Below are positions 55,153 to 64,000 of a stretch of 64,000 nucleotides of DNA, piece by piece. Source of the DNA: Schmidtea nova (lineage: Eukaryota); NCBI GenBank assembly GCA_044892505.1, contig CM097883.1:313472001-313536000 (forward strand), written 5' to 3'. A program made the position numbers and the translations under genes. The notes below the pieces were generated by a model that saw only the letters and a list, made by a program, of their open reading frames with translations, did no database searches and was not told the DNA's origin. Numbering within the stretch: position 1 is the first letter of the stretch; the number at the start of each line of letters is the position of its first letter.

Positions 55153-57780
55153 CACTGGGGAACATTTGGAAACTTTTTTTCGAGTGTTTTGATTTCATTA
55201 TGTGATTCTTTTGTACTTTTTTATGCTGATCACGTATATGAAATCCGTTTTTCTCGATCACGTCTAGTTTGTAAAAACTTTTGCATTTACTTTTCTATGA
55301 AAACGACGTTTTTGCCCCACACGTAATTTCTGTTCTTATATACACCCCATCTCTCCTAATTTAATTTCCATCAGCAAACTTCCAAACTGAGGAGAAGAAC
55401 CTTTAAATATATTACAATATATTTACCTATAAGAAATACAGAGGCCATAATCTTACATGACAGTCATTTATACTGTGAGGGAGGTGAAAAGTGTCTTTTA
55501 CGAGCTTGTCTTTTGTGAGCAGAATTACCATGTCGTTTTAGGCACCAGCAGTAGTCAGCCATCATGCTCACATTCCAAAGGCCTTGATATCGCTGCTCCA
55601 TTTTGACTATATCTTGGTGAAACCTCTCGCCTTGTTCCTCACTGTAAACACCTAAATTCTCGGGGAAGTAATCAAGGTGAAAGTGAAGAAAGTGCAGCTT
55701 TATACTCATTCGGCAGCCCAGTTTCTCATAACTGCGGATCAAATTCTCGACACACTGTTTATAATTTTGAACTTTGTTGTTACCTAGAAATCCCTCCATG
55801 ACTGACTTGAAATCTAGCCACGCTGCCTTCTCGGCAGAGGTCATTATTGTGGCGAAAGAGATGTCTTTCAAAAAATCACGGATTTGAGGCCCAACAAATA
55901 TACCCTCCTTCAACTTAGCATCACTAAGTTGCGGGAATTTTTTAGCCAACCATTTGAAAGTATTGCCTTGTTTATTGAGCGCTTTAACAAATAATTTCAT
56001 TAACCCGAGCTTGATGTGAAGAGGAGGAAGTAAAACTTTGCTGGAATCCACAAGGGACAAACCTTTCTGATTTTGTTGGCCCAGTGTGATGCTAGTGCGT
56101 TTTGGCCATTCTTTCTGTTTTAAATGACGGTCATCTGCTCGACTGTCCGAAAGACACAGAAAACATGGTACTTGGTGTAACCACCTTGCAAACCCAAGAG
56201 AATGGCAATAACTTTTACATCTCCACAAATTAGCTACTTGTGCTCATCGTACTTTAATGAGGAAAGCACAGTTTTCAGATTGTCATAAGTTTCTTTCATG
56301 TGCACTGAGTGAGCCATAGGAAGCGATGACAGTTTATTGCCATTGTGCAACAAAACGGCTTTTAAACTCATCTTTGAGGAATCGATGAATAGTCGCCATT
56401 CATTAGGATTGTATGTGCCTCCCATTTGCTGAATGAGACCGTTGACATCATTGCAGAACACAAGAAGATCTCTGAAAGTAAAAAATCGAGTAAATTCTCT
56501 GTCACGGTTACGGTACCAGGCGTATGTAGTGTTAGGCATTTAAAGGTTTCTCTCTTGCAATCTTGACCCAAGAAGTTCAGCTGCTTTCTTGGAAAGATCT
56601 AAATCACGAACCAATTCGTCCAGGTCTTCTTGAGCAAGCAATTGAGGAGCATTAGGTAATTCAACAATGAAATCTTGATCTGCAACACTATTTTGGGAGG
56701 AACTCGATGAATAAACGTGTTCCGTGAGAGATGCAGGTGGATGGGGAACTGGGATGTCATCAGAATGAGGTGCAAGTAGAGACACTGATAAAGGAGGATG
56801 ATATGTAATAAAATGTTTGTTTCTTTTATTGTATCCATTTATTGTCACCTTACAAAAATAACAGTCATTCACGTGATTTATAAGCTCCCGACAAACCATT
56901 GGAACACCGAAGGGCAGGCACTTTTTCAAACCCGGCCTTCATTTTTTCAGGTTTTCTACACATACTTTACAAACAAGAAGAGGTTCCCACGGCTTTTCCT
57001 GATCCCCCGATTGGCATCCAAAGTAGGCATGATAGCATTTCTTCACAAATGTAGTTATTGGAAGGCGTTGATTTTGAAGGGTAAATTGGCCTCATATATA
57101 ACAAAATATATCTGGTGAATTGATGTAATGGCGATGCATGACGAATGGACTTGTGAATATAATGAATGACTAATTGTTCACGTGAGTCCATTAAAGTTTT
57201 TAAAAATGGTGACTTCACTGGAAAATCGTATTCCTTCTCTCTACCCTCCCTCTGGCTTATCTCACCTATGTATTGATTACATTATACACTTGCGAGCAGC
57301 AAAAAAATTTGACATACACCATCACCCATCCTTTCTTCCCTTCCTTTAGGCAGATGGTTACCTGCATACATACACTAATTTCCTTCTCACTCATCCCTTT
57401 TAAAGCCTAAAATCACTTGTCACACACAGTCGTTCTATCATTTACTATGCAATACAACATCAGCCCCCCGCATACACACACCGGAATATATTCTTTACAC
57501 ACACACTATATATATACAACCCTGCCCCTTACCATTGTGGGCTCTATTCCACACATTTCGCGGGCTCTGAAAAATAGGTGACCTGCACACACACAAACAC
57601 GAAGGAATAATGAAAATGTATAAATGCATTATGCGCCATGTTCCTTCAAACAAAGTATCATTGATTTTGAGACAATTTGATGTGATGAGCCTAAACAATT
57701 ATCATAATTTTTATTCATTATTAGCCTAGTTCACGAAAATATAGCAATCGAACAGACACAAAAAATGATGTTCCCCAGTG
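55153..57780 (-). mobile_element. Decayed CMC/Chapaev3-like DNA transposon (2628 bp)
   Basis: 13-bp TIR CACTGGGGAACAT at both ends and a 3-bp TAA TSD. Transposase fragments PFGVPMV.RE..NHVNDCYFC, LPPLHIKLGL and SEEQGERFHQDI are split by stops and frameshifts. Confidence 0.85.
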
Positions 57781-58075
57781 TAATAATATTGATAATACTT
57801 TTAAAAATAATATGATAATAACGATAATAACAATAAGTAATAATAATAATAATGATATAATAATATTAATAACAATAATAGTTATAATAATAACTAAAAC
57901 AACAAAGATTATAATAATGATAATAATACCAATTCTAACACTAATAGTACTAATAATAATTACAATATTAATAAAGATAGAATTAATGATGATGATAATA
58001 ATAACAACAATAATGATCACTATTATACCAACAATGATTAATAATTATCACAACAATTACAATAATAATAATTAA
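57781..58075. repeat. Degenerate (AAT)n low-complexity tract
   Basis: Imperfect TAA/ATA repeats; the I/N-rich ORFs here are artefacts. Confidence 0.9.
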
Positions 58076-59043
58076 AAATTAGTTCTGATAATACATAAGT
58101 TGATGATTGTCTTTAATCATTCTTTTATTCTATAATAATACATGTGTTTGAGTTATTTATATGATTTATTTCATTATCTGCTTTATTTTATTATTTTATT
58201 TATTTGTGTAGTGCCTCCGTTATTTATATGTTATTATATTATTTAATTAAATATCAATATTTATATATTAAAAAATCAATTATTTAATTTATTTTATAAA
58301 AAAAATCGATTTGTTTTAATCACAAAAAAATGGCACTTTTCACCTTATTCAAAAAACTACAAGCAAGAAGCAATTTAGAAAAAATGGAAGCTGCACCAAT
58401 TAAAACCCAGCGCAAACCACAAAGATACCAATTGAATGTAATGAAAAAGAACGCAAATCGTACAAAGGAATTCAGTGAGCACAAGAGGCGAATGAGACAA
58501 TCAATCACCCCAGCGATTGCTACAAGCACAAAGATTGATATTTCTACCATTGATATACCAGAGCGCATTAAAGACAGCTATTTCATGAAGGAAAAGAAGA
58601 CTAAATCAACAGTGAAATCTGATGATATATTTGCAGCTAAGAAAGAACAATTTGTTTTATTAAATATATTTTCAGCTGTTATATTTGTATTATTAAATAT
58701 ATTTGCAGCAGCTAAAATTTGTTTTACTTTTTTACTGTAGGCTTATGTGATTCCATCATCCCTACAATGATATAATTAAAAAATAATAATTTGATTTACT
58801 ATAATATTTATAATAATACTTTGAATATAATAATAACTGGCAACTTTTAATCGTTGCTCAGGGAGGTGCAACCCCAGTGATTAGGAGTTGTTGGTATTTA
58901 TTTACATTTTAGAGTTCTAATTTTGTTTTATTTATTTATTTACTTTTTGTTTTACGGGATTTGACCGGCGGGGGCCAATTTAATGAACGGAGACAGAATT
59001 GCAGTATTTATTTATAAATATCACATATATAATTAATATAATT

Positions 59044-60485
59044 TTAATCCATTTTGATTTCCAGCCGCTTTGCTCCATGTCGATATCTGATAATTGTTAC
59101 TTCCTTTTCGTACACCACACCATTGATGGTCAGTGTTTCCCCAACGTCGACATCAGATGTTGTAGATTTTCTTTTGCGTTCCTCCTTCCGTTCCATTGGG
59201 TCATACTCCATCGATAATTTAATTCTCGCCGACTTGATGGATTCAATCAATCCTCCATTCTCTTCAATTTCCTCCAAATACGTTTCAGTTGCCCATTTCA
59301 ACTTTTGATTCCTCATTTCTGTCCTCGTATCACTCTCCTCCACTTCCATGCATGTCTCATCTGCTATTAGTACTGTCCTTTCTGAGCTGGGAATTTCGGA
59401 TGTCGATTCTATATAGTACATGGCTTGATATTCTTGTAAGGAATATTTTTTTGACGGTCCTATCTTGGGCATTGATATATCGTCGATCCAAATACTTTCG
59501 AGTCCCAGATATATCTTCCGAATACTTTTAACGTCCTCCAAAGCTGAGTGTATATGCATTTGCATCTCCTCTCCATATAGTTTCTTCATTACAGTTTTGA
59601 GCTTATACCACTCTCATCTTCTTGTTACTCCTTTCAATTGCAAAGCTTGGGCTGTAGCTAGATCTCGGATGCCATAAAGATGGTTAACCCATATCCCTAA
59701 GAATTATAACTCTGCATGTAGGTCGTGTCCTACTAGTATTTTCCCAATAGCCAGTTTTTGAATTTCTTTCATTTCTTCATACTGGTCCTTTTGGTTTCGG
59801 CTCACCACCTCCGTTATCCCATGGATGTTTGAATGGAAATGTTTGAGTCTTCCTCTGGGAGTTAAGAACACATTTTTTACAATTTTTCCATGATAATTCA
59901 TAATGGCCACGGCCAAGGGAATCATTTTTCCAGTCTTGCTGCTTCCATATTCGACATAAATGAACAATATTCTATTGCGAATTTCTTCTATATCCATTTT
60001 CTTCCGAATAAACGAAAGTTTCCTCTTCAACATTTCATTTGTTATTTGTAGGAGTTCAGGAATTTCTTTCTGCATTGGCTCCTTGCTGGGTGCGTCATCA
60101 ATTTCGTTTTTTATCCTTGTTTCCACTACAATTGTGGCATCCTCGTTCGCTGCTCATAATATTTTTCCAATTGCTGGCTCCTTGATTTTCCGCGAAGAAA
60201 GTCTTTCGATTTCCCACCATATTTGATCATTTTCGTCTAGCATTTCCACTGTCCCTTTGATTACGTGGATATGGTATTCCTCTTTGTTTGATATTTTTAA
60301 TTCCTTTGTTATTTGGAATTTCTGTTGATAGTGAATAATTGGACTTTCATTTTTCTGTCATCCAACCTTAGGTAATTTGAGATTTGTAAGTTGTTGACCA
60401 TCTGGAATTTCCTTTGGCCGGCATGATTTCTCATCATCTTCAGATAACTGTCGTACGTTTCCCTGGTCCATTGTAGCTGTTCCAT
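59044..60485 (-). pseudogene. Decayed ISG20/REX4-like DEDDh exonuclease accessory gene, copy 2
   Basis: RILFIYVEY, IHGITEV, GKILVGHDLHAEL, GIRDLATA and HIHSALEDVKSIRKIY motifs; stops and a frameshift are present. Confidence 0.8.
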
Positions 60486-60779
60486 CTTTTGCTAAATGTT
60501 TATAATTTTAAATTTGATTTAATTTAATTTTGACGCTAGGACTAAGATAGAGTAGCCAAAGGATACTGTCTTAGTAGGTAGTGGTATAAATAAAAATATA
60601 AAATTACCGATTGATATTTTCTTAGTTCTTTAAAAGTTTAATTTTGTTTAAAATTGTTTTAAGTTTTATGATGTCTAAGTTTGTCTTATATACCCCTTTT
60701 TTGATTGTTCGATCCCTTTTTCTACCCCCTCACTTTCTTAGTATTAACCAATCAAATCAATTTCTCAATTTTCCCATAC

Positions 60780-63070
60780 CGAAGAGTGCAAATTTTTCTG
60801 ATATTAGCATGGGTGCTACTAAATTTGGGTTTGTAACTGCCATCGCCATTCGATTTCGGAGTATTTATTTATTCAATTTACAATCGTTCAAGCTCATTTC
60901 TTTATATATGTTCTCCATGGTATTTTGGCTAAAATGAAATAAATAATCAATTTTATTATTAAAATAATGAGTTAGTTTTATATCATCCCTGTGAATTCTC
61001 GTTTTCGCTTCATGTACAATCGTTTTTGCTACATATACTCCTTTGTAATTTGTTACATAGACTGTTTGACCACATTTGCTCGTAATCTCCTTTTTAATAA
61101 AGCGCATGCTGTCCGTTGGCAAGGTTGACATTAAAACCGTGGCTGTTTGTCTTGTCCAGAAAGGAGTTGACCTGACTGTGCCATTCTATTTATAATTTAT
61201 GTTAAAGTTGTTTGGTCTATCCCTAAATTGCTCTCTGGTTAACTCTTTGAAATTCATTATTTTTAAATGAGCTAGGTTTCATATATTGGTTTTAACATCG
61301 TAAACGAGAATTGCCTCTCCCGTGTGACAACTAGTTTGCTTCATATTACAAAATGGATGAGTTTGTAGTTTTCCGGTATCATCATCAAAAGATCCTTCGA
61401 ACATTCTCAATTCTGTTAAGTATTCCTCTATTACCACTGTGTGTTTAATTACTTTCTCATTTATTTTATACGGTTCACCTTCACAGTCACCGTCTGATTT
61501 CATCACTCCCTTCACAGCTAACGTTTCTCGAATTTGATGATTTAATTTCGCTTTTAATCGAATTTCAGGACTGATTTTTAATTCCCCCGTTTGAAAGGTT
61601 GTTAAACAATTTTCCGGCAATACATCCACCGGTCGTGGAATGGCGTGCATTCTTTTAATGACGTATGGCTCCATTTACTACAGAAGAATACAAAAGTGGT
61701 TTGTTTTACAATGCATTCTTTAACTTTGGTACGCCGTAAATCTGACTCTTGATACACATGGTATTTTACTTCGTTTTCAATCCTCAATTTTCGAGGGTAT
61801 GCGTCTGGGCACTCTGCCATATCGACCACTGAGTAAATTTTCCCCATTTCTGTTTGTGAACAATCATATGCCACTAATGACGTTGTTTGCGCAATAACTG
61901 CACATAAAATAATCATCATTAACATTACCCAAGGGAATATCATCGTTTTCCTCAGTTTTGGACTTACTCTTTCATTCAATTGCCTTTCGGGTGAATCCTG
62001 ACCTTCTGGTTTCCTTCTTTTCTTTATTATCGATAAATTTAATGCCTTCCACCCTCCAAACTCTCTTAACCAATTTGTTAAAGACTCATTTAATAGTCGA
62101 GCCGCAATGTCAAATAAATTAACAAGCTTGTCTGACTTTGTAAATGCATGAATACCGATCTCTGAAACAACGTAGGTTAGGATTGTTAGCACTATTTCTT
62201 TATCGATCCCATTTTTACTCAAATTTTCTACTACTTCTCGTTTACAAAAGTTTCCTCTTTGCCAAAAATCCGAACTACTTCTGGAAGTCTGGTTTTCACT
62301 TCCTCTACTATTCCTTTCAATTCCTTTTCCGTTTCTGTCTCTATTTTTAGAACTGGGTATACCACTTTAACTAAATTTCTTATTACATCACTTGTTTCAT
62401 CAACTTCCCGCTCTAACTTTATTAAACTTTTCTTCATCTCATATAATGTTCTAGGTTTCTTATTCTCATCTTTAATTTCTTCTTTTTCGATATTCGTATC
62501 CTCGATAACTGTCGTTTCTGCTATCTGAGCATTATTAATCCTCTTTCTACTATGATCATCAGTAACTATTTCAATTTCGCTTCCTTTTATTTCTTCCGCT
62601 TGTTCGTCTGTATCTGAAAATTCAGCTTGATCAAACGTTCTCGAATTGAATTCTTTATTTGCTATTATTCGATTTATTAAATATCCCTGACTTTCATTAG
62701 TGCTTAAATACCCATATTCGTCTAGTTCTTGGGGCACACATCCGCAGTAATATAAATATTCATCGTCATCAAGTTCTTCACCTTTATATCTCAACACTAT
62801 AATTCCATCTTTTCCTAACATTTCCTCTTTTTACGCTCTCTTACGCACTTTTTGAACTTTCGTACACCAGTGTTCCTCTACATACTCAGTTTTCCTAATG
62901 TCTTCATATTCTATTGCAATTGTCAGCGAATTTATTGCAACTCGATCCTTCCTACGCTCTTTACCCAACTTTCTCAATATTCCTTTTAAAATTTTTCTGT
63001 ATCCAGTCCTCCTAAACAAATATGGTCGTATCACATCAACAATTTCTATTTTTTCTTTTTCCCCAAATTC
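60780..63070 (-). pseudogene. Polyprotein remnant of a sister giant element: ubiquitin-like, Bcl-2-like, signal peptide and glycoprotein
   Basis: IVLRYKGEELDDDEYLYYCG (UBL-like), LTNWLREFGGWKAL (BH2), LVAYDC, and YFNNKIDYLF...NDCKLNK, collinear with 19600-22700. Confidence 0.85.
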
Positions 63071-63091
63071 AGATTCATTAAACCCGAGTGA

Positions 63092-63500
63092 TGTGGGAAA
63101 CCCGGGGCATCAAGAAAATCATTTAATTATCTAATTAAATTGAATGCCCCGGGAAGAGCCGAAAAACCATTAGCGGTGAAACTCAATTAGGCGGCGGTCA
63201 AACAAATTAAATTATTTTATTTTCGACAGATCCAATTAAGCCGACAAGATGACAACAAAAAGTAGTATTTAAACGGAGAGCAAATTGCCGATATCGCCAA
63301 AGGTGGTTGAAGATAAATTTCAAGCACAAATGGAACTCGTCAAACAACTACAAGCTATTTGGAGGAAGCGTGTAGAGAAAACCAAAGGAAAAATTTGAAT
63401 TTAATCTTCTTGCGTGCCAGAGAGGGAGATATCCCATTGGGTGTTCTACCCTCACGCGGAAGAGTGCAGAGCATTAGTAGCTTTCTGTGATAAAAAGTTT
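63092..63500 (+). repeat. Possible LTR start of a related element; right boundary unknown
   Basis: CCCGAGTGA-TGTGGG junction matches the giant element's internal/3'LTR junction, and the sequence becomes GC-richer from here. Confidence 0.35.
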
Positions 63501-64000
63501 TCTTGTTCCTTTGAAAAATAATATAAAGTTATTGTGTTGGGTTTCATTTATTTTCGTGGTTGAAAGAGAACACAGGAGTCAGATATTACCGACTACACAT
63601 TAATAGCCCAACAATTTTATTTAAAAACGTGGCCTTTTGTGGTCGCATTAATTATTGGTATGTAGAGGTTGTGTTAGGATTGATATAAAAATGAGGAAAA
63701 CATCGTTAAAAACATTAAAATATTTAACGTACAAAAATTAATTAAAATATTATAAAAATCAAAAATTAATATTTTCCGGGGGAAACAGACATGTGTTTAG
63801 CAAAAGCTGAGATTTGTTTAAATGGCGCGGTATTAAAACATGTAGAGAGCGCGAGTGTATATGTAAAAAACACATATACAACGTGAAAACATCAATTGTG
63901 TAATAGAATAGCACATTGTGAAAAATTAGCATCTTTTCGGGAGGAAATTTTCTAATTGTAATGTAAAAATCCAAAAAATACGAAAGAAAATTGTTTTAGT

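Noticed and set aside
57721-58075. I/N-rich ORFs on both strands
   Set aside because: They arise from the degenerate AAT microsatellite.
58330-58740. 136-aa basic ORF
   Set aside because: No domain recognised, and it runs into repetitive AT-rich sequence; insufficient support.
58956-58979. GC-rich GGGATTTGACCGGCGGGGGCCA resembling a tRNA 3' end or PBS
   Set aside because: No cloverleaf, no tRNA I can match, and it lies at the wrong end of the adjacent element.

Overview
AT-rich animal genomic DNA (short 46-52 nt GT-AG introns; host not identifiable from sequence alone) with two assembly gaps. The window is dominated by a 29.3-kb minus-strand Ty3/gypsy LTR retrotransposon at 2794-32090. It has 3029-bp TG..CA LTRs, a 4-bp GTAT target-site duplication and a tRNA-Pro primer-binding site. 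Its interrupted ~5600-codon polyprotein reads Gag(3xCCHC), 3 ubiquitin-like domains, a Bcl-2-like domain, a class III-like glycoprotein, PR-RT-RNaseH-IN, ankyrin repeats and two FN3-like membrane modules. It also carries free-standing accessory ORFs: an IAP-type RING protein, a full-length intronless TRAF, two coiled-coil proteins, a small membrane protein and two ORFs inside each LTR. Every accessory ORF start is directly preceded by a splice-acceptor-like AG. Two decayed relatives (about 41.7-46.2 kb and 59-63 kb) carry an ISG20/REX4-like exonuclease instead. The rest of the window holds two inverted plastin/fimbrin paralogues sharing an apparent gene-conversion tract, a 4.6-kb gypsy element with 105-bp LTRs nested in an older LTR remnant, a Tc1-like and a Chapaev3-like DNA transposon, a PSMA6 pseudogene fragment and simple repeats. 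All domain calls are by visual motif recognition; no searches were run.
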